Below, piece after piece: positions 10,340-22,752 of a DNA stretch of 64,000 bases. The stretch is taken from contig JAAOMT010000135.1 in the NCBI GenBank assembly GCA_016748015.1, forward strand, positions 62,001-126,000, given 5' to 3'. How positions within the stretch are numbered: the first letter of the stretch is position 1; every line of letters starts with the position of its first letter. The notes below the pieces were generated by a model. The model did no database searches. It was given only the letters and a program-made list of their open reading frames with translations, and was not told the DNA's origin. The translations under genes were made by a program, and so were the position numbers. This stretch comes from Geosiphon pyriformis uo1 (Eukaryota; Fungi; Glomeromycota).

Positions 10340-13022
10340 TCACTGGATGGTAAGTCTGGAGAGAGCATCGGCATTTTGATGATTAGCTCCTTTGTGATGT
10401 TGAATATCATAGTCAAATTCATCCAAGTGGAGTATTCAGCAAGTTATCCGTTTATGTTCTAGCCTCTTTTTGTTGCGCAGCCAAACCAAAGCTTGGTGAT
10501 CTGTTACCACCAAAAACTTCACACCAAGAAGATACTTACTCCAGTAACTGGTGAACCATACTACTGCTAAGCATTCTTGTTCAGTGACTGAATAGTTCTG
10601 TTCTGCTGGAGAAAGGGTTCTACTGGCATAGGCTATGGCATGTTTTTTGCCATCTTCATCTTTCTGGAAGAGAACAGCACCAAGTCCAAAGCCAGATGCA
10701 TCAGTGTGGAGGATAAAGGGTTGATCTAGATCAGGTTGCTTGAGAATGGGTTCTGTAACCAGTTTTTCCTTTAAAGTTTCAAAGGCTTTTTGCTGATGTG
10801 TTCCCTAATGGTAATTGACATTTTTTCTGAGTAGCTGATTGAGAGAAGAGGTGATTTTGGAGAAATCCTTGACAAATTTGTGATAATAAGAGGCCAAACC
10901 AAGAAAAGAGCGTAGTTCATGAATGTTTATTGGTTGTTTGATGTTTTGGACTTTTTCAACTTTGGCTGGGTCAGGAAAGATTCCATCTTTTGTGATAAGA
11001 TGACCAAGGAACTGGATGAATTGTCTTCCAAAGAAAGATTTGATTGGGTTGATCTTGAGGCCAGCATTTCTGAGGCAGTCAAAAACCTTTTGCAAATGTT
11101 CCAGGTGTTCATTCCAGGTTTTTGAGTATACTATTATGTTGTCCAAATAAACTAGAACAAAGTTTTCCTTGACTGATTCAAATACTTTATTCATTAAGCA
11201 TTGAAAGGTGGGAGGGGCATTAATAAGACCAAAAGGCATGACTGTGAATTCATAGGTGCCATACTTGGTGATGAAGGCAGTTTTCTTTCTGCTTTCTGGA
11301 TCCATCTCTACTTGCCAGAATCCAGCAGTTAAGTCAATGGTTGAGAAGAAAGCAGCATCTTTGAATTGGTTTAACATTGCATCAATCTTGGGAAGTGGGT
11401 ACATGTCTCTTTCAGTGATGGCATTTAATTGGTGGTAGTCGACACAAAAGCATAGTGTTCCACCTTTCTTGGATACCACTACAACTGGGAAAGCCCATTC
11501 ACTCTTGGTTTCTTGTATAAATCCAAGTTCTTTCATCCAGTTTATCTCTTTCTTGATAAACTCATCATTGTGCCGATTGGATTAATAAGGCTTCAAATGG
11601 ATGGGTCAAGTTTCTCTGGTGGTGATGGTGTGTTGTATCACATGAGTACGTCCAGGGGTATTACCTTCTTTGGAGATAACTGGGCTATTTCTAACCAGCA
11701 AATTTTCAATGTCTATTTTTCTTTCTTCTGGGGAGGGTTCTTTTTGTTCTACAACCAGTGATTGGATCTTAGGTGGTTCATTCTCAAAGGACTTCTGTAC
11801 TTCTTTCAATTTTTTTCTGGGTATCAAACTGATTGGTTCCCAATCTCTGTAATAGATCAGACATGATTTGCATTCATTGCTTGGAGAATACAAGGGTTTG
11901 TTGCACCAACACTGGGCACAAGGACCATGCCACCAAAAACTGTATTTGGCTTTCTTGCCAGGTTTTCTTTCAAAGGTTCTTTTAAGAATATCATAATAAG
12001 GCCAGCAGATCAGCTTGCCATTTACAATGATTCCTTCTTTGTCTGCTTTAACATTGTCCAGTGGTTTGCCATTGCTGGTGAAGGTGGTATAGGTGAGTTC
12101 AGCAGTTTCTTTTTGCTCTTCTTGTTCTTCTTCTTCATCACTCTCTTCATCATCTGATTCATCTGATTGTTCTTCTTCTTGGTTTTGTTTGGGTACTAGG
12201 GGAGTTGTCCAATGGCAACACTTAACCACAATGGGTTTCTCACCACATTTGATGGTTAATTCACAAAGTTCATAATCAAGCAAAGCTTTTACTTTCTTGA
12301 GCCATTCATTGCCAACAATGATGGTGTATTCCTTGGCTTCAGAAACTTCCATGTCAGTTTCAATGCTGATTCCATTGATGTGGACAGGAACAGCTTTGGC
12401 AATACCCAGTCCTTTCTTTTTGTCACCATGTACATTGGTCATTGGTCTGGTGGAAGGTTCATTAATCTTTCTACCAATTGCTTCCAAGAAGTGTTTGGCA
12501 ATGACACTAACAGATGATCCACTGTCCAGAATTAAGTCAATGAAGTATCCAGCCACTTGAGCTTTACAAATCAGAGGGGTGACATTGCTGTTGTCAGCAA
12601 GTCCAACTTGGTGAGAGCACTTGTGTCTTCTTCTTTGGAATCAAGGATTTGCGAAGATCTTTTCTGAACTGTGGGTGGGTCATTAACTGGCCAAAGGTAA
12701 TATGTGCTGGGGTTTCCATGAGATCTTTGACAATGGAATAGGATCCAGATTTTTGTACAATTTCTGGGGGTTCCAACTTTGGAGGATTCTTAAAAACTTT
12801 AGCCTTTGGTGGCTCATTGTTATTAGTGGCAGAAGTTAAGGCTTTGTTGGGGTCTAGAACGAAATCAACCTTGGCTTTCTTCTTCTTTCTGGTTGGTTCT
12901 GAGGTGTTAATTGCTAGTTCATCCATGTCATGGTCATCATCAGTTAAGTTAAAAGCATAAAAGGGGTTTTCTTCTGGTTGGCTTGCACTCTCACCCTTTG
13001 GAGGTGCACTTACCAATTTAAA
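10340..13022 (-). pseudogene. A2 pol: aspartic protease, RT, RNase H
   Basis: LILDSGS; IDLTAGFWQ, MPFGL, YLDN (YLDD degenerate); HTDASGFGLGA; ends DALSRLTIQ-TGA. Confidence 0.92.
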
Positions 13023-14566
13023 GGCTGATAAACAGTGGCTTCAACTAGGGGATCCTCTCCAAAGAAATTGATGTTGGCATGATTGGGTCTTTGATTGGGG
13101 ACATTGTTGTTGTTGTTGGGTCTGTTGTTTTGGTTGTCATTGTTTCTGGGAGCTGGAAGAGGCAGTGGAGGATTGTTACAATCTCTTGAATAATGTCCAG
13201 TTAATCCACAACAATAGCACACAGGCGGGCCATGATTTTGCTGTCTTTGATAGGGAGGTTGCTGGAGCTGATTAAAACAAGGTTCATATCTAGGTTTTGG
13301 TGGTTGCTGGTTATCTCTGACTGCTTGTGTCAACGGTTCTAATAACCAGGCAAGGTTAGCTGTGAGTCTATCTATTAATTGTTCATTTGGATCTTGTGCC
13401 TGGGCAGCAAAAGAAGTAGCAGCCATTTGAGGAGTAGGAGCCATAACAGGAGCAAGAGCAAAAACTGGAAGTGTGGATCCCAAATGCATTCTTTGATTGT
13501 CTTCAATTCTTTGGGCGAGTTCAATGACCATATTCATGGTGAGATTATCTTTTAAAGCCAAGAGAGGCCAAAGAGCATATGATAAATCAGTTCTCAATCC
13601 TTTTGTGAAGGAGTGGATCTTTTGCTCTTCAGTCCAGTTTCTACCAGAGTCTACACACTTGATGAATTTTCTGATTGCTTTGGCATATTTGGTCACAATT
13701 TCACTAGGACCTTGGGTTTTTCTTTCTAATTCCATACGCCATTTGGATATTAAGATGGGGGTTCTGAATTTGTTTTCAAACCGGATAGTGAAAAAGGTGT
13801 TGTTTTCTCCAATATTTGCTGGGGTCCATCTAACAATTCTTTGTTGAGCACCAGCATTGGTTTCTTGTGAAAACCAGGTAACAGGGGAGCCTTGGAGGTA
13901 GCCACCAATGATTTGGAACTTGTATTCATCATCATACTGGTTTGCAGTGGCTGCTCTTTCAAAATCATCCAACCATTCAATTGGATCTTGGGCATCACCT
14001 CTGAATAGGGGTAGTGGGGTGTTGTTTCTTCGTCCCAAAGCAGTTTGTATGCCTTGGAGGACAGCCAGGATGTTTACTTGCATTGGATTTTGGGCCATTA
14101 GTTCAGGAGTTACTGTTTGTGTAGAGTGCTCTGATTCACTTAAGAAGAGATCAAAAATAGGGGCTGTTTGGTAGCTTTCTTTTTCTGTTTCAAGGGGAGT
14201 TACTGTTAATTGATGGGCAGCAATCCAAATGTGGATTTGATGATTCAGATATTCAAAATCAGAGGGCTGTTGTTCAAAGGTTGTAGAATATAAGAGCTGA
14301 TTGATACTGTTGTTTCTTTCTTCAAAGTTATCTTCAAAATAAGCTTGATCAAAGTAATAGGTTGTATAAGTTGTGTAGATTTCAGCTGAATGCTCATTCA
14401 GGAACCAGTTCCAAAAGTCTTGGAATTGTCTACTGGATTGTTTTTCAATGGGAAAGCAGATCAAGCAGGAGGGCAGAGGATTATGTTCAATGAAATCTAG
14501 GTCATTTCTGTTGTGTGCTGCAAAGTGTTCTTCTGATTGCTGTGGCAGATATGAGTAATCACCCAT
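13010..14566 (-). CDS. gag: A2 Gag, 518 aa, open frame
   Basis: Gag core motif FRGDAQDPIEWLDDFE and CCHC knuckle CYCCGLTGHYSRDC; starts just after the PBS. Confidence 0.9.
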   Translation of the reverse strand: MGDYSYLPQQSEEHFAAHNRNDLDFIEHNPLPSCLICFPIEKQSSRQFQDFWNWFLNEHSAEIYTTYTTYYFDQAYFEDNFEERNNSINQLLYSTTFEQQPSDFEYLNHQIHIWIAAHQLTVTPLETEKESYQTAPIFDLFLSESEHSTQTVTPELMAQNPMQVNILAVLQGIQTALGRRNNTPLPLFRGDAQDPIEWLDDFERAATANQYDDEYKFQIIGGYLQGSPVTWFSQETNAGAQQRIVRWTPANIGENNTFFTIRFENKFRTPILISKWRMELERKTQGPSEIVTKYAKAIRKFIKCVDSGRNWTEEQKIHSFTKGLRTDLSYALWPLLALKDNLTMNMVIELAQRIEDNQRMHLGSTLPVFALAPVMAPTPQMAATSFAAQAQDPNEQLIDRLTANLAWLLEPLTQAVRDNQQPPKPRYEPCFNQLQQPPYQRQQNHGPPVCYCCGLTGHYSRDCNNPPLPLPAPRNNDNQNNRPNNNNNVPNQRPNHANINFFGEDPLVEATVYQPLNW

Positions 14567-14618
14567 ACAATAAGGGAATAAGTGAATTTTGACAACCTCA
14601 CAAGGAGCACCACTTTTA

Positions 14619-15252
14619 TGTTACAGGTTGGAGTAACAAGCTAACAGATAGCAAGGGAGAACAGAATTGTAGGGTGATGGAAATAATCAAAGGGGATTCA
14701 ACTTTAATGATTGAATTGAATGAGTATGGATTCAATGTGCGAGATCAGTCTTATAAAATATCTCAGTTGCTATTTTTTTCAAAAGGTAACAAGGGAATCT
14801 GAAGGTAGAGAAATAGTCTGTACTGTCAACAATTGATTACTGCTGGTATTAATTCTATGCTTTTATGTTAGCACTCTTAGAATTCAATATCAGGTATCAA
14901 CTTGTGCTCTTTAGTCACGTTTATACAAATAGTCTTCAAATACTACAATTATTCAAACAGGAAAAGGCCAACAAGTAATCTTTTATCCTAAGATGTTCGG
15001 ATACTTGAAGGTAGGAAAAGGGAAATTAGCGATAAGAGAGTGATTGAAATGAAAGTTGTTATTTTTATTTATTTGAGACTCATCACTTATATAGCTAATG
15101 AAAGTGGTCAACAACCAGGTCAACGACTAAGTCAATGATCAGGTCATTGATCAGGTCAATGATCACTATCTAAAAATAGAGTGGCTAATTATATGACATC
15201 AATGGCTAATACATGTGATAACTAATAAAAATTATGGGTTTCAACCATAATA
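14619..15252 (-). repeat. 5' LTR of A2 (634 bp; lacks 34 bp present in the 3' LTR)
   Basis: Direct comparison with 8249-8916. Confidence 0.95.
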
Positions 15253-16007
15253 GTACACAACTCAAAAAATATCATAAATGACCTGATTGGTTGCTTGTTG
15301 TGGTAATACTGACCCAAATAATCAGCAAAAATCATGTATAAATAAATGCACCATTTTTAAAACAAAGATATCCTCAATCAACATGAACAATTATTTTCTG
15401 AATCAAAACATTTAAAATGTTTTTTATACTCTCCATGAGTATTGAATCAAAAATTATCCAAATACTACTCTGACTATTGGAAAACAAACTACTATAACAG
15501 ATAGCAGTGAAACACATACTGTTATTAGACCAAAGAAAACCACTATCAGAAAAAAAAAAATTGGTAGCAAAATAGATAAATATTTGTTAGAAAGTATAAC
15601 AACAGTTATACTCTTACTTTCTAGCACAATTGGAAAAACAATCCAAGAAATATTGCCCATAGACAAAAACTTGTCATATAAAAGACAATTAGAACTTTAT
15701 AATCGCCTTAAAGAAATTATAGAAGATATGAAACTCATAAAGAAAACATCTTCAGAGATACAGGCAGAAATTTTGGGCATTATATGATTAGATGTCTCAA
15801 GAGTTTTAACTATTGCTAGAAAAGCCAAAACCCTAATACAAAGATTTGGTCTCTTGAATACAAACTTATTTTACCCTAAGTATTATATACTCTATCCACA
15901 AAAAACTTTAACAAACTAGTTAGCTTTGAGTTGAATAAAACTCTTCAAATAGATTACATTATAAATAGCTTGATTTCACCAGAATTTAATCTCTTTGAAG
16001 AGAATGA

Positions 16008-16743
16008 TATTATGGTTGAAACTTATATTTCTTATTAATTATTATATGTATTAGCCACTGATGTCATATAATTAGCCATCTTATTTTTAGATAATAATTA
16101 TTGACCTGATTAATGATCTGACTATTCACCTGATCATTGAATTATTAACCTGATTAATGACTTGATCATTGACCTAATCATTGACCTAATCATTGACCTA
16201 GTTGTTGACTTGATTATTGACCACTTTTAATAGCTATATAAGTGATGAATCTCTTAGCTGTAGAAAAACATGTAAAAATCAAAGAAAAAAAAGAAATAAA
16301 ATAACAACCTTTATCTCAATCATTCTCTTATTGCTAAATTCCCTTAAGTATCTGAACATCTTGGGATAAAAAATTACTTGTTAATTATTTTTTACTCTTT
16401 TTCTGAAATGTGTAATTGCAGCATTTGAAGATTATTGAATAAAACATGACTGAAGAGTACATCTGATATCTAATATTAAATTCTAAGAGTGCTAACATAA
16501 GACATAGAATTATGCTAGTGTATGATCATTTGTTGACAGTACAGACTATCCCTCTACTTTCAGATTTTCTGGTTATCTTTTGAAAAGTATAGTGACTGAG
16601 ATATTTTATGAGACTAATCTTGCACATTGAATTCATACTTATTTAATTTACTTTTTGAAGTTGAATTTCCTTTGATTCTTTTCATTATCTTACAATCCTG
16701 TTCTCCTTTGTTATCCATTAGCTTGTTACTTCAACCCATAACA
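16008..16743 (+). repeat. 3' LTR of A1 (736 bp)
   Basis: Follows PPT remnant GAAGAGAATGA; T(A)TTATGG...CCATAACA; contains the 12-bp array. Confidence 0.92.
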
Positions 16744-16837
16744 TTATGTTAACACTTAACATAAATCTGTTATGCAAAAAATTGATTAATAAATGATTTA
16801 GAAAAATCAATGCTTTTGTTAACATTGATCAAAATAC
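16744..16837 (+). mobile_element. Short LINE-1 ORF2 piece, contiguous with 49759-50216 once A3 is removed
   Basis: Non-LTR sequence between A1 and A3, joined to 49759 by the A3 TSD ATAC/ATAT. Confidence 0.5.
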
Positions 16838-17608
16838 TGTTATGAGTTAGAATAACAAGCTAATGGATAGCAAGAGAGAACAAGATTGTAGGGTAATAAA
16901 AAAAATCAAAGAGAATTCAACTTCAAAGAGTAAATTAAATAAGTATAGATTCAATATGCAAGATCAATCTCATAAAATATCTCAGTCACTATACTTTTCA
17001 AAAGATAACTGGAGAATTTGAAGGTAGAAGGATAGTTTGTACTGTCAACAAATGATCATGTCTAGTATAATTCTATGCCTTACATCAGCACTCTTAGAAT
17101 TTAGTATCAGATATCAAATGTACTCTTCAGTCACATTTTATTCAATAATCTTCAAATACTGCAATTACATGTTTTAGAAAAAGAGTAAAGAATAACCAAC
17201 AAGTAATCTTTTATCTTAAGATGTTCAAATACTTAAAGATAAGGAAAGAAAAATTTAGCAATAAGAGAATAATTGAGATAAAAGTTGTTATTTTATTTAT
17301 TTTATTTTCTTGATTTCTAACATGCCTTGTATTTTTGACATGTTTTTTTACAACTAAGAGATTCATTGCTTATATAGCTATCAAAAATAGTCAATGATCA
17401 GGTCAATAACTAGGTCAATGATTAAATCAATAATCAGATCAATAATTAGGTCATTAATCAGATCAATAATTAAGTCAATGATCAAGTCAATAGTCAGGTC
17501 ATTGATCAGGTCAATAATCACTTTCTAAAAATAGAGTGGCTAATTTATATGACATTAATGGCTAATACATGTAATAATTAATAAGAAGTATAAGTTTTAA
17601 TCATAATA
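16838..17608 (-). repeat. 3' LTR of A3 (771 bp, ten 12-bp units)
   Basis: Matches 49044-49754, including the diagnostic segment 'tctaacatgccttgtatt'. Confidence 0.92.
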
Positions 17609-17835
17609 TAATCTTTTTCAAAGAGATTGAGCTCTAGCAAAATCAAGCTATTTATGGTGTAATCTATTTGAAAAGTTTTATTTAACTTAAAGCTAACTAG
17701 TTTGTTGAAGTTTTTTGTGGATAGAATATATAATACTTGAAGTGAAATGAGTTTTATATCTAAGAAACTAAATCTTTGTATTAGAGTTTTGGCTTTTTTA
17801 GCAATAGTTAAAACTTTTGGAACATCTAATCATAT

Positions 17836-18513
17836 TGTTACGGTTGAAACTCATAGTTTTTATTAGTTATTACATGTATTAGCCACTAATGTTATATAAT
17901 TAGCCACCCTATTTTTAGATAGTGATCGTTGACCTGATCAATGACCTGACCATTGACCTGATCATTAATCTGATCATTGACCTGGTCATTAACCACTTTA
18001 GATAACTATATAAGCGATGATTCCTTTAGCTGTAGAAAGACATGATCAAAGTAACAAAATAAACAATATCAATTACTTCCTCTCATAATCACTTATTCCC
18101 CTTTCCTTACCTTCAAGTATTTACTTGTTGGCATTCACATACCTTATCTTTTCCCCTTCTTGATTTGTATTTGTTAGAATTAGCCTGAGAAGCAATTGGC
18201 TTGCTCTTGTAATTCATTGAATAAAGAAACGATTGAAAAGTACAACGATATCTGTTATTGATTCTAAGAATTGCTGAGTTGAGGCATAGAATAATAGCAG
18301 TGGTGTTATCTTGTTGACGATCATGGACTATTCCTTTACCTTCAGATTTAAGAAAAGATTAGCGACTATGATTTTTATGAGACTGATCACACACATTGAA
18401 TTCCTACTTATTCAATTTGCTTCCTTATTGTAATTTTCTCTTTGTTTATTTCCATCACCATACAATACTGTTCTCCCTTGCTATCTGTTAGCTTGTTACT
18501 CCAATCCATAACA
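17836..18513 (+). repeat. 5' LTR of A4 (678 bp; five 12-bp units; TATATAA at 18007-18013)
   Basis: Matches 24734-25495. Confidence 0.95.
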
Positions 18514-18565
18514 TAAAAGTGGTGCTTCCTGTGAGGTTGTCAAAATTCACTTATTCTCTTATTGT

Positions 18566-21500
18566 ATGGGTGATTACTCATATCTGCCACAGCAATCAGA
18601 AGAACACTTTGTAGCACACAACAGAAATGATCTAAATTTCATTGAACTTAATCCTCTGCCCTCCTGCTTGATCTGTTTTCCCCTTGAAGAACAATCCAGT
18701 AGACAATTCCAAGACTTTTTGAACTGGTTTCTGAACAAGCATTCAGCTGAAACCTATACAGCTTATACAACCTATTACTTTGACCAAGCTTATTTTGAAA
18801 ACAACTTTGAAGAAAGAAACAACAGTATCAATCAGCTCTTATATTCTGCAACCTTTGAACAACAGCCTCCTGATTTCAAATATCTGAATCATCAAATTCA
18901 CATCTGGATTGCTGCCCATCAAGCAACTGAAACTCCCTTTGAAACAGAAGAAGAAAGTTACCAAACTGCCCCTGTTTTTGACCTTTTATCAAGTGAATCA
19001 GACTCGTCTACACAAACAGTTACCCCTGAACCAATGGCTAATGACCTCATGCAAGCAAACATTCTGGCCACCCTCCAAGGTATACAAACTGCTCTAGGAA
19101 GAAGAAACAATACCTCACTACCACTATTTAGAGGTGATGCACAAGATCCAATTGAATGGTTGGATGATTTTGAGAGAGCTGCTACAGCCAACCAGTATAA
19201 TGAAGAATACAAGTTCCAAATCGTTGGTGGCTACCTNNNNNNNNNNNNNNNNNNNNNNNNNNNNNNNNNNNNNNNNNNNNNNNNNNNNNNNNNNNNNNNN
19301 NNNNNNNNNNNNNNNNNNNNNNNNNNNNNNNNNNNNNNNNNNNNNNNNNNNNNNNNNNNNNNNNNNNNNNNNNNNNNNNNNNNNNNNNNNNNNNNNNNNN
19401 NNNNNNNNNNNNNNNNNNNNNNNNNNNNNNNNNNNNNNNNNNNNNNNNNNNNNNNNNNNNNNNNNNNNNNNNNNNNNNNNNNNNNNNNNNNNNNNNNNNN
19501 NNNNNNNNNNNNNNNNNNNNNNNNNNNNNNNNNNNNNNNNNNNNNNNNNNNNNNNNNNNNNNNNNNNNNNNNNNNNNNNNNNNNNNNNNNNNNNNNNNNN
19601 NNNNNNNNNNNNNNNNNNNNNNNNNNNNNNNNNNNNNNNNNNNNNNNNNNNNNNNNNNNNNNNNNNNNNNNNNNNNNNNNNNNNNNNNNNNNNNNNNNNN
19701 NNNNNNNNNNNNNNNNNNNNNNNNNNNNNNNNNNNNNNNNNNNNNNNNNNNNNNNNNNNNNNNNNNNNNNNNNNNNNNNNNNNNNNNNNNNNNNNNNNNN
19801 NNNNNNNNNNNNNNNNNNNNNNNNNNNNNNNNNNNNNNNNNNNNNNNNNNNNNNNNNNNNNNNNNNNNNNNNNNNNNNNNNNNNNNNNNNNNNNNNNNNN
19901 NNNNNNNNNNNNNNNNNNNNNNNNNNNNNNNNNNNNNNNNNNNNNNNNNNNNNNNNNNNNNNNNNNNNNNNNNNNNNNNNNNNNNNNNNNNNNNNNNNNN
20001 NNNNNNNNNNNNNNNNNNNNNNNNNNNNNNNNNNNNNNNNNNNNNNNNNNNNNNNNNNNNNNNNNNNNNNNNNNNNNNNNNNNNNNNNNNNNNNNNAATT
20101 AGCAATTAACCCCTCTGAATCCAAAAGAAAGAAGAAGAAAGCCAAAGTTGATTTCGTTCTGGACCCCAATAAAGCTTCTACATCAACTGCTGACAACAAT
20201 GAGCCCCCAAAAGCCAAAGTTTTCAAAAACCCTCCAAAGTTGAAACTCCCAGAAATAGTACAAAAATCCGGCCCCTATTCTGTTGTCAAAGACCTTATGG
20301 AAACCCCAGCACATATAACCTTTGGCCAATTGATGACCCATCCACAATTCAGAAAAGATCTTTGCAAATCTCTGATTCCAAAGAAAAAGACACCCAAAAC
20401 CAACAAACACCCTCGCCAAGCTGGATTTGCTGACAATAGCAATGTCACTCCTCTAATTTGCAAAGCCCAAGTGACTGGCTATTTCATTGATTTGATCCTA
20501 GACAGTGGATCATCTGTTAGTGTTATTGCTAAACACTTTCTTGAAGCAATTGGCAGAAAAATTGATGAATCATTCACACGACCAATGACCAATGTGCATG
20601 GTAATAAGAAGAAAGGGCTTGACATAGCCAACGCTATTTCTGTCTGCATCAATGGCATCAGCATTGAAACTGATATGGAAGTATCTGAAGTGAAAGAATA
20701 CACTATCATTGTTGACAATGAATGGCTCAAGAAAGCAAAAGCTTTGCTTAATTATGAACTCTGTGAACTAACCATCAGATGTGGTGAGAAACCCATTGTT
20801 GTTAAATGTTGCCATTGGACAACTCCCCCAGTACCCAAGCAGAGCCCAGAAGAAAATGAATCAGACGAATCAGATGATGAAGAAAGTGAGGAAGAAAAAG
20901 AACAAAAAGAACAAGAAGAAACTGCTGAATTTGCCTATACCATCTTCACTAGCAATGGCAAACCACTAGATAATGTCAAGGCAGATAAAGAAAAAATCAT
21001 TGTCAATGGCAAGCTGATCTGCTGGCCTTATTATGACATGCTCAAAAGAACTTTTGACAGAAAGCCAGGCAAGAAAGCCAAATACAGTTATTGGTGGCAT
21101 GGTCCTTGTGCCCGGTGCTGGTGTGACAAACCATTGTATTCTCCTAGCGATGAATGCATGTCCTGTCTGATCTATTACAAAGATTGGGAACCAATCAGCT
21201 TGATACCCCATGAGGAAATAAAAGAAGTCCAAAAGTCCTTTGAAAATGAACCACCTGAAATCCAATCACTGGTTGTAGAACAAAAAAAACCCTCTTCAGA
21301 AGAAAGAAAGATAGACATTGAAAACCTGCTGGCTAGAAACAGCTCAGTTGTCTCAAAAGAAGGTGAATCTCCTGGACATACACATGTTATACAACACACC
21401 ATTATTACCAGAGAAACTTGCCCCATCCATTTGAAGCCCTATCAATCCAACTGGTGCAATGATGAGTTTATCAAAAAGAAAATAACCTGAATGAAAACCC

Positions 21501-22687
21501 TTGGATTCATACAGGAAACCAAGATTGAATGGGCATTCCCGGTTGTAGTGGTATCCAAGAAAAGAGGAACCATACACTTTTGTGTTGACTATTGCCAATT
21601 AAATGCCATTATTGAAAGAGACATGTACCCACTTCCCAAGATTGATACAATGCTAGACCAATTCCATAGTGCTACTTTCTTCTCAACCATTGACTTAACT
21701 GCTGGATTCTGGCAAGTAGAAATGGATCCAGAAAGCAGAAAGAAAACTGCCTTCATCACCAAGTATGACACCTATGAATTCACAGTCATGCCTTTTGGTC
21801 TCACAAATGCTTCTCCCACCTTTCAATGCTTAATGGACAAAGTATTTGAATCAATAAAAGAAAACTTTGTTCTAGTCTACTTGGATGACATAATGGTATA
21901 CTCAAAAACCTGGGATGAATATCTTGAACATTTGCAAAAAATTTTTGACCTCCTTAGAAATTCTGGTCTCAAGATCAATCCAATCAAATCATTCTTTGGA
22001 TGTCAATTCACCCAGTTCTTTGGTCATCTTATTACAAAAAATGGAATCTTCCCTGATCCAGCCAAAATTGAAAAAGTTCAAAACATTAGACAACCAATGA
22101 ATGTTCATGAACTACGCTCTTTTCTTGGTTTGGCCTCTTATTACCACAAATTTGTTAAAGATTTCTTCAAAATCGCCACTCCTTTCAATTAGCTACTTAG
22201 GAAAAACATCAATTATCACTGGGGCACTCATCAACAAAAAGCATTTGAAATTCTGAAGGAAAAACTGGTTACAGAACCTATCCTCATGCAACCTAATCTG
22301 GATTGACTTTTTATCCTCCATACTGATGCATCTGGCTATGGACTTGGTGCTGTTCTTTTCCAGAAAGATGAAGATGCCAGAGAACATGCTGTAGCATATG
22401 CCAGTAGAACTCTTACACCAGCAGAAAGAAACTACTCAGTCACAGAGCAAGAATGCTTAGCAATAGTTTGGGCTACCAGCTACTGGGACAAATATCTTAA
22501 AGGTGTAAAATTTTTGGTAGTAATAGATCATCAAGCTTTGGTTTGGCTACACAACAAAAAAAATCTGGAACATAAACAGATAACTCGCTAAATACTCCAT
22601 TTGGATGAATTCGACTATGACATTCAACACCACAAAGGAGCTAATCATCAAAATGCTGATGCTCTCTCCAGACTTACCATCCAGTGA
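18566..22687 (+). pseudogene. A4 gag and PR-RT-RNaseH (junction hidden by N gap 19237-20096)
   Basis: Gag N-terminus matches A2. LILDSGS, YLDD, HTDASGYGLGA. Ends SRLTIQ-TGA TAG TAA. Confidence 0.92.
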
Positions 22688-22752
22688 TAGTAAAACCCTC
22701 TCAAACCAAACCAACTTAATTATTTGTAACTCCCCCACAAACAAACACGATA

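Larger units (their letters stand above)
8249..15252 (-). mobile_element. Ty3/Gypsy family A, copy A2, inserted in A1 integrase
   Basis: LTRs 8249-8916 and 14619-15252. TSD GTAC at 8245-8248 and 15253-15256. PPT (GGAGAGGATAA on -) next to 8916; PBS ends at 14612. Confidence 0.95.
345..16743 (+). mobile_element. Ty3/Gypsy LTR retrotransposon family A, copy A1 (degenerate; 5' LTR partial; hosts insertions at 2034-4464 and 8249-15252)
   Basis: LTR end ...ACCTATAACA at 580, PBS at 587, gag ATG at 633. PR, RT, RNase H and integrase fragments are in gypsy order. Sequence resumes after each nested insertion. Accessory ORF remnant 15383-16038, 3' LTR 16008-16743. Confidence 0.9.

Noticed and set aside
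10273-10422. N-terminal extension of A2 integrase overlapping RNase H (possible +1 frameshift)
   Set aside because: It joins the integrase frame only in A2 (70-nt spacer). In A1, A4 and A6 the same peptide runs out of frame, and in A5 it hits a stop.
16100-16222. 12-bp tandem arrays as CRISPR or iteron-like repeats
   Set aside because: The units are head to tail with no unique spacers, always inside LTRs, with no cas genes and a eukaryotic context.
20479-20730. Recurrent antisense ORFs (e.g. MSHSLPTM..., MPYLVMKAVFF...)
   Set aside because: They are short shadows of conserved pol codons, often with non-ATG starts; recurrence reflects repeat copies.
18566-21490. 974-aa fused gag-pol ORF
   Set aside because: The frame is open only across 860 Ns that hide the gag stop and frameshift site seen in the other copies.
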